Origin: an uncultured virus (IMG/VR IMGVR_UViG_3300035682_000026)
Taxonomy: Duplodnaviria > Heunggongvirae > Uroviricota > Caudoviricetes
Strand: one strand, 5' to 3'
IMG/VR virus record: IMGVR_UViG_3300035682_000026
Length of the DNA: 64,000 nt
Position numbers and translations under genes: made by a program. Of this stretch, positions 1-9,580 are shown piece by piece; within the stretch, counting starts at the first letter, position 1, and every line of letters starts with the position of its first letter. The notes under the pieces are model-generated. The model saw only the letters and a program-made list of their open reading frames with translations, was not told the DNA's origin and did not search any database.

Positions 1-92
1 TGATTACCTCTGTTCGCTTTTGGTTTCCCTGGTTTTCTTGATTTTGACATAATATTTAATTTTTATAATAAATATATGTCAATTTATTTATT

Positions 93-329
93 TTACCTTT
101 TTTTAGAATTATGAATTTCTCTAGCTTTAAGTCTTTGCTCTCTAGTTATCATAACATTTGTTTTTCTATTATGATAAAAACCACATTTTTCACATAAATA
201 AGTTTCCATATCATAAAAATTTAATTCACTTAACCTATAATGTTCAATAACATTACTAGCATGTTCAATACTTTGATAAGGTTTTATTTTTTTACCAGCA
301 GTATTTCGTGTAAAACATTTTATACCCAT
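93..329 (-). CDS. small Zn-ribbon hypothetical protein
   Basis: 78 aa ORF with YLCEKCGFYH motif. Confidence 0.6.
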   Translation of the reverse strand: MGIKCFTRNTAGKKIKPYQSIEHASNVIEHYRLSELNFYDMETYLCEKCGFYHNRKTNVMITREQRLKAREIHNSKKR

Positions 330-338
330 AATTTTTAA

Positions 339-830
339 CTATTTTATTTTTTCTAAACTATCCAAAAATGATTTGCAATAACTTCCATTTCTTTCAAGCT
401 CACCATCAACTAATTGATAACTGTCAAAGTCAAAAAACCCTTCAACAACACCATCACATACCATACTGTTTTTAAATAAGTGTATAGTACTACCCATACA
501 ATCAAAAAAGATATTATAATCTTCACCTATATTACTACCTTGTAATTCGTCAAATTCTTCATCAAATGAATCATAATATTCTTCTCCATCAGCATCAATA
601 TACTTAATCGCACATGGCCAAAAAAAGTTATACTCATCTTCACTTTCTGGTTCATCACAACCACATTCACTAATACTACCATAACAGTGAACACAGTACC
701 CTTCACCATAATTTAATTCAAAATCCCATTTACCTTTGTGTAAATTAATATCCGAATCACTAAAATAATTTAACGCTTCTAATAATGGCTCTTGACCACC
801 ACACATTTTTTTTAAATCTTCAATTTTCAT
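339..830 (-). CDS. acidic hypothetical protein
   Basis: 163 aa ORF, CxxC/CGC cluster, TATCTTTG promoter just upstream. Confidence 0.65.
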   Translation of the reverse strand: MKIEDLKKMCGGQEPLLEALNYFSDSDINLHKGKWDFELNYGEGYCVHCYGSISECGCDEPESEDEYNFFWPCAIKYIDADGEEYYDSFDEEFDELQGSNIGEDYNIFFDCMGSTIHLFKNSMVCDGVVEGFFDFDSYQLVDGELERNGSYCKSFLDSLEKIK

Positions 831-873
831 TTTTTAATATTTTATAATTAGACCGCAAAGATATGAAGTTTTT

Positions 874-1059
874 TTAATTTACCAAATCATTGTAAACTTT
901 TTTTTCAGAAACTGATGCAAATTGATTAATCATAAGACGATGTGTTTCCAAAGCTTCTGCTATTGCTACTTGAGCATCTTCTAAATCTTTAGCCCAAGTT
1001 ACACCTATTCCTGGTATGGTTATTTTTATAAAACCATCAAAACATTTTTTAAATTCCAT
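874..1059 (-). CDS. HicB-like small protein
   Basis: IPGIGVTWAKDLEDAQVAIAEAL resembles the HicB N-terminal fold. Confidence 0.4.
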   Translation of the reverse strand: MEFKKCFDGFIKITIPGIGVTWAKDLEDAQVAIAEALETHRLMINQFASVSEKKVYNDLVN

Positions 1060-1073
1060 TATTTAAATTTTTA

Positions 1074-1745
1074 TTAATAACTTTTACCATTATTATATCT
1101 AATCATTCTATTGTGTCTCCCATTACCTTTATTCAAAGCTTTATATGTTGATGTTAAACTATGACAATTAGGACATAGTAACTTTAAATTATCTAATGAA
1201 TTATTTTCAGAATTCCCATCAATATGTTCTAACTCAATTGGTACTTTATTAGATGTTGGATTAATTGAACACCACCCACATTCCATACATTTTTCACCAT
1301 GAATATGAATGAGATATTTTTTAATCATTCTAGATTTAATTGTTGTGTCACCGTTTTCAATAGATTTAAAAATTAATTTAAGATTGTAATCTTTATTACA
1401 TTTATGATTACAATAAATTTTATTTTTACCAATGATAATATTACCACATTCTAAACAATTTTTGGTTTTTTTTCTTAAAGTGTTAGTAATTGTAACACTA
1501 CATGATTGTGAACAATATTTTCTATTATCTGAAATTAATGAATTGAAAGTGATACCACAACATTCACACTTTTTATCTTCGTGACATTTTTTAACCACAT
1601 AATCAGATTGTTTATAACCTAATTTATTTAATTTTTCTTTTATAGCTTTTTTACTTCTATTTAATAATTTAGCAATTGTTTCAAAATCATTTCCATTTTT
1701 TAACAAATTAATAACTTTTTCTGTTTCTTCTAAATCCCATCTCAT
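1074..1745 (-). CDS. HNH homing endonuclease with Zn-finger repeats
   Basis: LEHIDGNSENNSLDNLKLLCPNCH motif; start placed after the TATTTATAATAAA motif. Confidence 0.9.
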   Translation of the reverse strand: MRWDLEETEKVINLLKNGNDFETIAKLLNRSKKAIKEKLNKLGYKQSDYVVKKCHEDKKCECCGITFNSLISDNRKYCSQSCSVTITNTLRKKTKNCLECGNIIIGKNKIYCNHKCNKDYNLKLIFKSIENGDTTIKSRMIKKYLIHIHGEKCMECGWCSINPTSNKVPIELEHIDGNSENNSLDNLKLLCPNCHSLTSTYKALNKGNGRHNRMIRYNNGKSY

Positions 1746-1813
1746 AACATTTATTTTTATTATAAATATCACAAAATAATAAAAAAGCTAAAAAACTTTT
1801 TCGGAATACATAG

Positions 1814-1887
1814 AGCCTTGTATCGGGATTGAACCGATTCTATTCTAGGTTACAAATCTAGTGCACCACCATTTATGCGTACAAGGC
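1814..1887 (-). tRNA. tRNA-Thr(TGT)
   Basis: Cloverleaf, acceptor GCCTTGT/ACAAGGC, loop TT-TGT-AA. Confidence 0.9.
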
Positions 1888-1965
1888 AAAAATGAGATGG
1901 CATCGCTTACCATCTCGGAGTTGATATCATTACACTCCTTTGACATTTAAGTCAGCGATTTTTTG

Positions 1966-2047
1966 TGGGGCCGATAGGATTCGAACCTACTCAGCTTTCG
2001 CAACGGTGTTACAGACCGCCCCAACTCTCCAACTTTGGCGAGACCCC
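1966..2047 (-). tRNA. tRNA-Tyr(GTA)
   Basis: Loop CT-GTA-AC, long variable arm, GGTTCGAATCC T-arm. Confidence 0.92.
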
Positions 2048-2052
2048 AAATA

Positions 2053-2117
2053 CAGAATGGCATGTTACGATTCAAAGTAAAAATTTGATGTTTGTTAACT
2101 TGCTGAAACCATTCTTT
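2053..2117 (-). ncRNA. CWGCAA-stem ncRNA, copy A
   Basis: AGAATGG-TTT-CAGCAA...CCATTCT-G; one of six covarying copies. Confidence 0.65.
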
Positions 2118-2120
2118 ATC

Positions 2121-2768
2121 TTATTTTCTTCCTTGAATCCAATCCTCGTTAAGGTAAGTTTCAAGGTCTTCTTTTTTTATTTTTTTATTAATACCTTCTT
2201 TGGTAATCCAACATGTGCCATACTGTGAATTTGTTTCACCAGTTCCAGTACCTTTAGATGATTCAGACATCAATTGTTTAGTTTCATCAGAATGTTTTTT
2301 ATTTTTAAAACTACCAGGATTATCCTTAAAATATTTTAACCTACTAGCGACAATTTTATCGATATGTGTTTTTTCTAGAGTAGAACCCCTTCTTAAATCA
2401 GATGCTTTTTTATTTCCTATTATAAGACCCCATATTCTTCCTTCTTTAAACTTATTAAAATGTTCTTCATTAATAAAACCACCTTGACCACCTTCTTTAA
2501 GATTAATACATTTACCATCTGATATCAATTCTTTATTAACGATTTCAATCTCTCTAATAACCAATGCTTCTCTGCTTGGTAGATACTCAAGTATTTCTTT
2601 AGTATGATTATCTTTACCATATTTTCTTATTGAATACCTCAATATTGTCCCACTTCCCATATAACCATCTTCTATGTTACTTGTACTATGCATTCCTACA
2701 TACCATTTTCCTGTTACATTACATGTTGTTTTATATATGTAATGTATTGTTTTTTCTTTTCTTGCCAT
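2121..2768 (-). CDS. GIY-YIG (Seg-like) homing endonuclease with NUMOD3
   Basis: YIYKTT...WYVGMH...YMGSG; KHSDETKQLMS; paralog of 38188..38808. Confidence 0.9.
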   Translation of the reverse strand: MARKEKTIHYIYKTTCNVTGKWYVGMHSTSNIEDGYMGSGTILRYSIRKYGKDNHTKEILEYLPSREALVIREIEIVNKELISDGKCINLKEGGQGGFINEEHFNKFKEGRIWGLIIGNKKASDLRRGSTLEKTHIDKIVASRLKYFKDNPGSFKNKKHSDETKQLMSESSKGTGTGETNSQYGTCWITKEGINKKIKKEDLETYLNEDWIQGRK

Positions 2769-2817
2769 TGTCGTATATCTTTTATTATAAATATACAACA
2801 AAGTACAAAAAAGTCAA

Positions 2818-2892
2818 TGGTTGGAATACTAGGATTCGAACCTAGACGGACTGGCTCAAAACCAGTAATGCTAACCGTTACATTATATTCCA
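2818..2892 (-). tRNA. tRNA-Gln(TTG)
   Basis: Loop TT-TTG-AG, U1-A72, encoded CCA. Confidence 0.92.
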
Positions 2893-2895
2893 AAA

Positions 2896-2953
2896 TTTCT
2901 AATTCTACGCAGACGCTTAAACACCTGGGCCCCTATGAATTAGTAACAGTCTC
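2896..2953 (-). ncRNA. inter-tRNA structured motif, copy 1
   Basis: GAGACTGTTA-CTAATTC-ATAG...GCGTA-GAATTAG-AAA; repeated at 15059..15109. Confidence 0.55.
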
Positions 2954-2959
2954 TTCACG

Positions 2960-3032
2960 AGCAGAAGACGAGGCTCGAACTCGCAACCCCCAGCTTGGAA
3001 GGCTAGTGCTCTACCAATTGAGCTACTTCTGC
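2960..3032 (-). tRNA. tRNA-Gly(TCC)
   Basis: Canonical cloverleaf, loop CT-TCC-AA. Confidence 0.95.
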
Positions 3033-3099
3033 ATTATTTTTTGTTCATTATTTATGAGTGTTCATTGTACTTGAACATGTACCTTTCACTGAACACTTG

Positions 3100-3174
3100 T
3101 GCATCCATTGGGGCTCGAACCCAAACAGCCCATATTAAAAGTATGGTGCCTTATTCCATTTTGGCTATAGATGC
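3100..3174 (-). tRNA. tRNA-Lys(TTT)
   Basis: Stem CCATA/TATGG, loop CT-TTT-AA. Confidence 0.92.
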
Positions 3175-3191
3175 AATTAATTGTATTCTAG

Positions 3192-3263
3192 TAGCCCCAA
3201 CGGGAATCGAACCCATTTTCCTCCGTTAAAAGCGGAGTACATCGCCAGCAATGTTTTGAAGCC
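3192..3263 (-). tRNA. tRNA-Lys(TTT), second divergent copy
   Basis: Stem CTCCG/CGGAG, loop CT-TTT-AA. Confidence 0.85.
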
Positions 3264-3358
3264 ATAGTTATTACTATCCCTTCAACGCATCGAAGGCGGT
3301 TAGTGTTTACTCTTTATGTTCTTTATCTTTTTCATAATTTTTATTTTATTCTATTTTG

Positions 3359-3449
3359 TCTAAATGACGAGACTCGAACTCGCATTGAGCGTTTTAACAC
3401 TACTTCTCCATTCCAAGTGGAGTCGGCTTCCAATTGCCTTCACATCTAG
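3359..3449 (-). tRNA. tRNA-Pro(TGG) with long variable region
   Basis: C1-G72, A73, stem CTCCA/TGGAG, loop CT-TGG-AA, ~22-nt variable region. Confidence 0.85.
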
Positions 3450-3464
3450 TTTATTTTGTTGCAT

Positions 3465-3498
3465 AAAAAAACCCAGTTTAGATTTCTCTAACTGGGTT
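3465..3498 (-). terminator. attenuator terminator of tRNA operon 1
   Basis: AACCCAGTT-AGAGAAATCTA-AACTGGGTT followed by U tract. Confidence 0.9.
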
Positions 3499-3522
3499 AA
3501 TAAATAATACTTGCGTATTGTT

Positions 3523-3624
3523 TTACTTTATCATGTTTGACTTCATGACATACCCAGTTGTGCCTTGAGGCGTTCCGCCTTTAGGTTGATACTGTTTCGT
3601 TTGATATGTTTTTGTTGTCATCAT
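3523..3624 (-). CDS. leader peptide 1 MMTTKTYQTKQYQPKGGTPQGTTGYVMKSNMIK
   Basis: Between promoter and terminator; residues 3-25 all T/K/Y/Q/P/G. Confidence 0.85.
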   Translation of the reverse strand: MMTTKTYQTKQYQPKGGTPQGTTGYVMKSNMIK

Positions 3625-3659
3625 TGTTTCTAATTGTTGTGGGTTTTCCCCGTTTGTTT

Positions 3660-3701
3660 AATAAATATATGCAAATATACGAATGTTTTTCATTTAATCA
3701 A
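3660..3701 (-). promoter_or_regulatory. Bacteroidota-type promoter (TTG...TATATTTG) plus TATTTAT motif, tRNA operon 1
   Basis: Matches TAnnTTTG -7 consensus; near-identical to the operon 2 promoter. Confidence 0.8.
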
Positions 3702-3765
3702 GTTTTTTTTTAACTTTTTTTAATAAAAAATCATTTTATTATTTAAATCCTTGATATTAAAGGGT

Positions 3766-4209
3766 TTAACTGTTTAATTTTTTTAGTCTTCTTTTTTCTT
3801 TTGCCGCAGCTTTTTTGATTTTATCTCTTAATTCAGCTGCTAACTCATAATTTTCAACTTGTACAGCGTTTTCTAATTGTTCTTCTAAAGGTAGTTCTGC
3901 TTCAGGTGGTCCAAGCGGTTCATCACTAACTAATGTTTTAATTATTACACCTAATGGTTTATACCACATACGTTTTTCAAAATACATTTCACCATCACTT
4001 GAATATTCAATATCATCTGGTTCCCCTAATTGAGTATCAAGTTCTTCATCAAGTTTATTTAATTCATCACCTGTATAATTACCATCAGGGTTAATGTGTT
4101 TAAAACTATCAATCATATCAATGATTTTTTTAGCTTCTTTATTAATAAAATCATCTTCTTTTTTCTTTTCACCAAAGAATTTATTAAAAAGGTCATCAAA
4201 GCTTGCCAT
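3766..4209 (-). CDS. UvrB/UvrC-motif protein
   Basis: C-terminal LENAVQVENYELAAELRDKI. Confidence 0.75.
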   Translation of the reverse strand: MASFDDLFNKFFGEKKKEDDFINKEAKKIIDMIDSFKHINPDGNYTGDELNKLDEELDTQLGEPDDIEYSSDGEMYFEKRMWYKPLGVIIKTLVSDEPLGPPEAELPLEEQLENAVQVENYELAAELRDKIKKAAAKEKRRLKKLNS

Positions 4210-4210
4210 A

Positions 4211-4657
4211 TTATTTTTGTTTTAATTTACGTTTTATGTGATTATGTGTTTTAACTGAATGATATTTAAATGCAAGTATAGGATTTATATTGTAGAAATA
4301 CATAAATAAAGCAAAGAAAAATCCTGCTAACATATACATAATACTAATTGTCATCCAATAATCTTTGGTTATAGAATTAATCCAATATACTACTAAGTCA
4401 TAACCCAAAGGATTTAAAAACAAAGCTATTGTTATTAAAATATTACCTAAAGTTTTTTTATTTAATTTAAATGAGAGAAACGATAATATAAACGATAGGA
4501 ATGCAAATCCATAAAGTACGAACATTGTATGCCAATAATCTTTGGTTAATTCTGTCAGTTTGTAAACCAATATGTCGAAACCCATGGGGTTCAGGAATGT
4601 CGCTGTCATTAGGCAAACTGTCCCTAAGACTTTCCTGTTTATCGCTTTTACTATCAC
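4211..4657 (-). CDS. membrane protein with internal duplication
   Basis: Two FLNPxGxDxxVY...TKDYW repeats, hydrophobic helices. Confidence 0.7.
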   Translation of the reverse strand: MIVKAINRKVLGTVCLMTATFLNPMGFDILVYKLTELTKDYWHTMFVLYGFAFLSFILSFLSFKLNKKTLGNILITIALFLNPLGYDLVVYWINSITKDYWMTISIMYMLAGFFFALFMYFYNINPILAFKYHSVKTHNHIKRKLKQK

Positions 4658-4793
4658 TATCCATATGTTTGTGTTTAGTTTTCATTATTTAACTTATTAG
4701 TTAAATAAATCTTATTTTCTAGAATAACCGCTAAAAATAAATCTAGTGGTTATTAATAAATATATACTTATTTTAAAATAAATCAAGTAATTC

Positions 4794-5615
4794 TTATGAT
4801 TTAAGGAGTAATTCTTTTATATCAGAAACTAATCTTCTATGACCATCACCATAAAGTTGCCAAGCTAACCCCATTGCTTTTAAATCATAATGTTTCAATA
4901 TTGTTGAATAATTAGTTTCTCCTTCTGGAAATCCAACTACATAAATACTATCAGCCAATTCAGCCGCTAAACGAATATCGTGTGTGGAGAATATAATCGT
5001 ATTTAATTCATTAGCAGCACTAATTTTATCAAATGATTGTTTTACTTTTTCAATATTCCCAACATCTAACCCAGAGAATGGTTCATCTAATATCATAAAG
5101 TGTTTAGATGTAAGCATTTGCTCAATGATTGCTGTTCTTTGTCTTTGACCACCAGACAACTCACACGAGTATTTATCTTTGTGTTCCATCAACCCCCAAT
5201 CAGTTAAATACTCATTAATTATAGTATCTTTTTCAGCTTTTGTAAGTGTTGATTTTCTCAAAGCATACTCACATATCTGCGTAATGGTTTTGTGTCTAAA
5301 AAGGGTGTATTTTTGGTCTACAAACCCCATATCACCTTTATCTAATGGTTTAGCATCATTCTCATCTTCTGTAGTTAAATCAGTAATAAGGACTTGACCT
5401 TGTGTTGGTTTAAGCAAACCAGTAAGTCCTTTGAAAAGAGTTGATTTCCCTCTACCAGAACGACCAATGAACGCAATAACTTGTCCAGTTGATTGGTGGC
5501 CTTCTCTAACAATATCTTTAATATCAAAATTGATATTTTTAAGAATTGATTTCCCATCGTAACCTAAGCTAACATCATTGATGTACAATAGGGTTTTTGT
5601 TTCTTTATAACTCAT
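4794..5615 (-). CDS. ABC transporter ATPase (NitT/TauT-like)
   Basis: GRSGRGKST, LSGGQ, ILDEP, H-loop. Confidence 0.95.
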   Translation of the reverse strand: MSYKETKTLLYINDVSLGYDGKSILKNINFDIKDIVREGHQSTGQVIAFIGRSGRGKSTLFKGLTGLLKPTQGQVLITDLTTEDENDAKPLDKGDMGFVDQKYTLFRHKTITQICEYALRKSTLTKAEKDTIINEYLTDWGLMEHKDKYSCELSGGQRQRTAIIEQMLTSKHFMILDEPFSGLDVGNIEKVKQSFDKISAANELNTIIFSTHDIRLAAELADSIYVVGFPEGETNYSTILKHYDLKAMGLAWQLYGDGHRRLVSDIKELLLKS

Positions 5616-5625
5616 AATTTTATAT

Positions 5626-5982
5626 TTAATAACTTATTGTTCCTAATCTGTCAAAACTCGTAGCACCTTTGGTTTTATTACATATCATTAAGATTTTTTT
5701 GGTTTCGTAGTGTTTTATGTAATTTTCATCAAAATCAACGCCACTATATTCATCAATAAGTGACCAATTATCAAAACCAATATCATGTAATTCATATAAG
5801 GGTTTTTCATCTCTCTGTTGTCTTAAATTTAAACTTTCTAACAATGCTGTTCTTTTCATTCGCATTAGTTGAGTTTCTATAATTTCAAAATCAACAAAAT
5901 CAATAGCTGCTGGATGAAACATTTTAACCTCAGCATTATCTGGAAGTTTATCCAATAACTCTTTTAGTTTTTTAACTTTCAT
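5626..5982 (-). CDS. hypothetical protein
   Basis: 118 aa ORF with its own TATCTTTG promoter. Confidence 0.65.
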   Translation of the reverse strand: MKVKKLKELLDKLPDNAEVKMFHPAAIDFVDFEIIETQLMRMKRTALLESLNLRQQRDEKPLYELHDIGFDNWSLIDEYSGVDFDENYIKHYETKKILMICNKTKGATSFDRLGTISY

Positions 5983-6112
5983 AATTTTATTTTTTATTAG
6001 ACCACAAAGATACGTTTATTTTCTAAAACACCAAATTAATTTATAGTTTTATTTTAAAATACTTGACTTTTTATAATATTTCTATATATTTATATGTATA
6101 CACAACGTAAAG

Positions 6113-6277
6113 ATGAAAAAAGAAATTAAACACAACAAATTAATGAATGTTAGAATGTCAGAAAGTCTAATAAAAGAATATAAAAATCATTGTGAAAATA
6201 ATGGTTTAGTTATATCAACAAGAATAAGGTTCCTTATCCAAAAAGATATTGAAGGTAAAATTAAAATAGAAAAATAA
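6113..6277 (+). CDS. small ribbon-helix-helix-like protein (54 aa)
   Basis: MKKEIKHNKLMNVRMSESLIKEYKNHCENNGLVISTRIRFLI; TAATG overlap with the HNH gene. Confidence 0.7.
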   Translation: MKKEIKHNKLMNVRMSESLIKEYKNHCENNGLVISTRIRFLIQKDIEGKIKIEK

Positions 6278-6909
6278 TGGAAAACAAGTGCTGTAGAGAA
6301 TGTGGTTTATCTAAACCATTATGTGATTTTAGTTTATGTACCAAAAATAAAGATGGTTACAATAACTTTTGTAAATCATGCCGTAACGCTAAAGATAAAC
6401 TTTATCGAGACCAAAATAAAGAAAAAATATCTAATCGTTTAAAAGAATATAATGCTAAAGAAAATGTAAAGAAAATGCGTAGTGAATATGCAAGAAAGTT
6501 TAGACAAGAAAACCTTTTAGAAATGAGAAAAAAAGCATTAGAAAAACAAAAACTATTAAGAGAGACTGACCCATTTTTTAGATTCAAACAAAGCGTTAGA
6601 AATAGGATTAACAATTCACTAAAACATAATGGTATTAGAAAAAATTCAAAAACTGCTATAATACTTGGTTGTTCTTTCCAAGATTTTAGGGATTATTTAG
6701 AATCTAAATTTGAATCGTGGATGAATTGGGATAACAGAGGGTTATATAATGGAACACCAGAATATGGTTGGGATATTGACCATATGATACCTTCATGTTC
6801 AGCTAAAACGGAAGAAGAATTAATTCAACTTAATCATTATTCCAATCTTCAACCTTTATGTAGTTACATTAATCGTGATATAAAAAGAAATAACCCTATA
6901 AAAATATAG
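6277..6909 (+). CDS. HNH-family endonuclease
   Basis: WDIDHMIP...NHYSNLQPL; paralog of 24509..25051. Confidence 0.85.
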   Translation: MENKCCRECGLSKPLCDFSLCTKNKDGYNNFCKSCRNAKDKLYRDQNKEKISNRLKEYNAKENVKKMRSEYARKFRQENLLEMRKKALEKQKLLRETDPFFRFKQSVRNRINNSLKHNGIRKNSKTAIILGCSFQDFRDYLESKFESWMNWDNRGLYNGTPEYGWDIDHMIPSCSAKTEEELIQLNHYSNLQPLCSYINRDIKRNNPIKI

Positions 6910-6919
6910 GGTTATTTTA

Positions 6920-7696
6920 TTAAAAATTAGAAAATCTAAATACAAGTTTTCGCAATCTAGTAAGTAAGAAATCTAAACAAACTCCAATTATAATTATAAT
7001 TGCTTGTATAGCAATAACTCTTCCGTTACTTCCAAGTCTATCACCATTTTTAATTAGTACACCTAAACCACCAGCGGCAACTAATATAGACTCTATCGTC
7101 ACCAACATAACCCATACAATTGCTAGATTTTGTCTAACCAATTCTATTACATAATCTAACCTACCTTTGATTACGACTTCCCATAAGGTTTCCCAATGAT
7201 TACACCCAAGTGTTTTAGCATGTTCAAATTCTTCATTTGGTATATCCTTAATCATTTGAATAAGACTGGTGATAAGAAATGTAGACATAAAGATAACAAG
7301 TACCCAAACTTGAATTTGTCTCGCATCTGAAATCATTATTGTAATGTAAAATGCTATTCCAGTTGGTGGTAAGTATCTTAATTTAGATAAGAATGTTCCT
7401 AATGATTTAGAGAAAGCAATTGTTGTTAAGTAAGCAAATATCATTGAGATAATCACTGAAAAGAATATTGCTTGGAAACACAATGATAGTGAACTAGCTA
7501 ACTGTGTAATAAGACCCTCTGACCATACATCACCTAAACCTTTAAATACTTGTGCAGGTGTTGGGAATAAATGTGTTGTTCCTATTGAACTGGACACAAA
7601 CCAAAATGTAATCAATAAAGCTAACCATACTGTTACAATGATTGTTTTTGAAGAACTTTTAAGTTCTTGAAACGGAGTAAAAAACTTTTTTATCAT
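6920..7696 (-). CDS. ABC transporter permease
   Basis: Multiple TM helices, EAA-like EHAKTLG. Confidence 0.9.
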   Translation of the reverse strand: MIKKFFTPFQELKSSSKTIIVTVWLALLITFWFVSSSIGTTHLFPTPAQVFKGLGDVWSEGLITQLASSLSLCFQAIFFSVIISMIFAYLTTIAFSKSLGTFLSKLRYLPPTGIAFYITIMISDARQIQVWVLVIFMSTFLITSLIQMIKDIPNEEFEHAKTLGCNHWETLWEVVIKGRLDYVIELVRQNLAIVWVMLVTIESILVAAGGLGVLIKNGDRLGSNGRVIAIQAIIIIIGVCLDFLLTRLRKLVFRFSNF

Positions 7697-7765
7697 TTTA
7701 TATAATTTAATTTATAAAAAAACCGTGACTATTTGCCACGGTTTTCTATATGTTTTATATGGCAA

Positions 7766-9580
7766 TTACTTTAATAACGTAATTTCAACTCTACGGTTTT
7801 TAGCTTTACCACTTGCAGTTGAGTTATCAGCTACTGGATTAGCATCACCTTTACCATCAACCGTTTGGAAACGGTCACCTGAGATACCTCTACCTTTCAA
7901 GTAACTTACAACTGATTGAGCACGACCATTAGATAATGTTACGTTACTAGCAGGATTACCTACGTTATCAGTATATCCAATCACTTTCAATTTAGTTTCC
8001 TCTGCTTGAGTTAACAAGTTATAGATGGTTTCTAAATCTTTGGTTGACCCAGAGATAGTTGCACTACCATTATCAAAGTTGATGTTCCATTGTCCGTTAG
8101 CTAATACTGAAGTTTTAGTTTCAGAATAACTAATTTTTTGAACACTACCTTTATCATTAACATTTGCAGATGTTAAGAAGTATAAGTTAACTGCATCATC
8201 GTAAGGTACAACACCATCTGGATTAGACTCATTAAAACCACATGGATTTAAGTCAGTCAAATAAGCTGAAACTTGTTCGTAAACTGCTTTATAACGATTT
8301 TTACCATCTGTGATACCGTAATACTGCATTGCATCAGCATAGTTAAATACACGTGAACCACCGATATTATAATCTAAACCATCTTTGGTACCTTTTTGAC
8401 CTTTAAACATATCATACCAGTATTTAGGTGTTTCAAAGTTATATGTTAAAGCTACAGCTTCTGAAGCTCTAACAGCCCATTCATCATATTGTTTAATTTG
8501 ATTAGAAGCAACAAATGTTTGTTTCAATATAGCGATAACTTCTTTATCGTGTTGCAAAGCCCATTCTTTAACACCTACAAGTGTTGTAGCCATTTGATTT
8601 ACAAACTCTTTAGTTGATACGATATCTGTAAAACCACTCAACGCATCAAAAGCCATTTTATCCCCTGGTGTCCATGTAGTTGCACCATCAATTTTATGAT
8701 TGATTGTTTTACCAGTTAATTTACCATTAACAACTTCTTTCAAAGGTACAGTATAACCAGTTTTTTGAGATTTAATCAATTCTTTTACAGAGTTAATATA
8801 ATCATCATCTTGTGATGGTACGAAGTTAATCGCATTGGCATCCCAAGTTGTTGGGTCTGGATTGATAGCAATTTTATTAGCAGCAGCATAGTTACATGCA
8901 ACTACCCAGTCACCATCACCAATTACTGAAGATATAACACAACCTTTCATTGATTGAGGATTATCTTTCCAAATTCTTGGTCCAATTACTTTATCTTCAC
9001 CATATGATAATCCATATGCTCCAAGAACTTGTACGTGATATTTACCTTTACCGAATTTTTCATCTAATGATTTTTGTGTAGTTGTAATATAGAATGGAAC
9101 ACCATCACCCATGATACTTACAGCAAATGCTGATTTATCTGATTTTGGATAAGCCACACCTGAAGCAAATTCTTCAACAAATTTAATTTGCATATCACGT
9201 AGACCACCTACCATGTCTTGTCTTACGATTTCTAAGTTAACACCTGCGGCTTCAATAAGAGACCCTTCAGTTGTTCTTGGTCCACCATTTGCAACAATCA
9301 TTCCAGCATTACCATTCCACGCATACTCCGCAATACGAATAAGTCCTTTCGAAGCTACTTCAGTAGATACCGTTTCTGATGGCAAAGGTAATTTAGCACC
9401 TTTAGTTACGTTGTTAAGGTCACCACCTTCAATTGTTAATCCAGTTAACTGTTTTGATACAGCCACTCTAAGTCCAGGTGCGAAAAAATACACACCAGTT
9501 AATAATACAGCAACACCTAGTGCTACGATAAAACCTTCTGCTAAGGTTGTTAATTTTTCTTGTTTAAGAATTCTTCCCAT
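7766..9580 (-). CDS. substrate-binding-like protein with C-terminal OmpA peptidoglycan-binding domain
   Basis: N-terminal TM; GYTDNVG...LSNGRAQSV...NRRVEI. Confidence 0.85.
   Translation of the reverse strand: MGRILKQEKLTTLAEGFIVALGVAVLLTGVYFFAPGLRVAVSKQLTGLTIEGGDLNNVTKGAKLPLPSETVSTEVASKGLIRIAEYAWNGNAGMIVANGGPRTTEGSLIEAAGVNLEIVRQDMVGGLRDMQIKFVEEFASGVAYPKSDKSAFAVSIMGDGVPFYITTTQKSLDEKFGKGKYHVQVLGAYGLSYGEDKVIGPRIWKDNPQSMKGCVISSVIGDGDWVVACNYAAANKIAINPDPTTWDANAINFVPSQDDDYINSVKELIKSQKTGYTVPLKEVVNGKLTGKTINHKIDGATTWTPGDKMAFDALSGFTDIVSTKEFVNQMATTLVGVKEWALQHDKEVIAILKQTFVASNQIKQYDEWAVRASEAVALTYNFETPKYWYDMFKGQKGTKDGLDYNIGGSRVFNYADAMQYYGITDGKNRYKAVYEQVSAYLTDLNPCGFNESNPDGVVPYDDAVNLYFLTSANVNDKGSVQKISYSETKTSVLANGQWNINFDNGSATISGSTKDLETIYNLLTQAEETKLKVIGYTDNVGNPASNVTLSNGRAQSVVSYLKGRGISGDRFQTVDGKGDANPVADNSTASGKAKNRRVEITLLK

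Noticed and set aside
1894..1959. HDV-like (theta) ribozyme in the tRNA trailer
   Set aside because: The pairing order lacks the P3/P1.1 nesting of the HDV fold.
1965..3229. Plus-strand ORFs 1965..2228, 2688..3074, 3041..3229 (likewise 38012..38362, 39178..39432, 39668..39973)
   Set aside because: They are antisense translations of tRNA genes (GFEP-type artefacts).
3465..3701. T-box riboswitch as the explanation of the leaders
   Set aside because: No TGGNACC T-box bulge or long stem I in these leaders; the signal is an ORF with multi-amino-acid codon bias.
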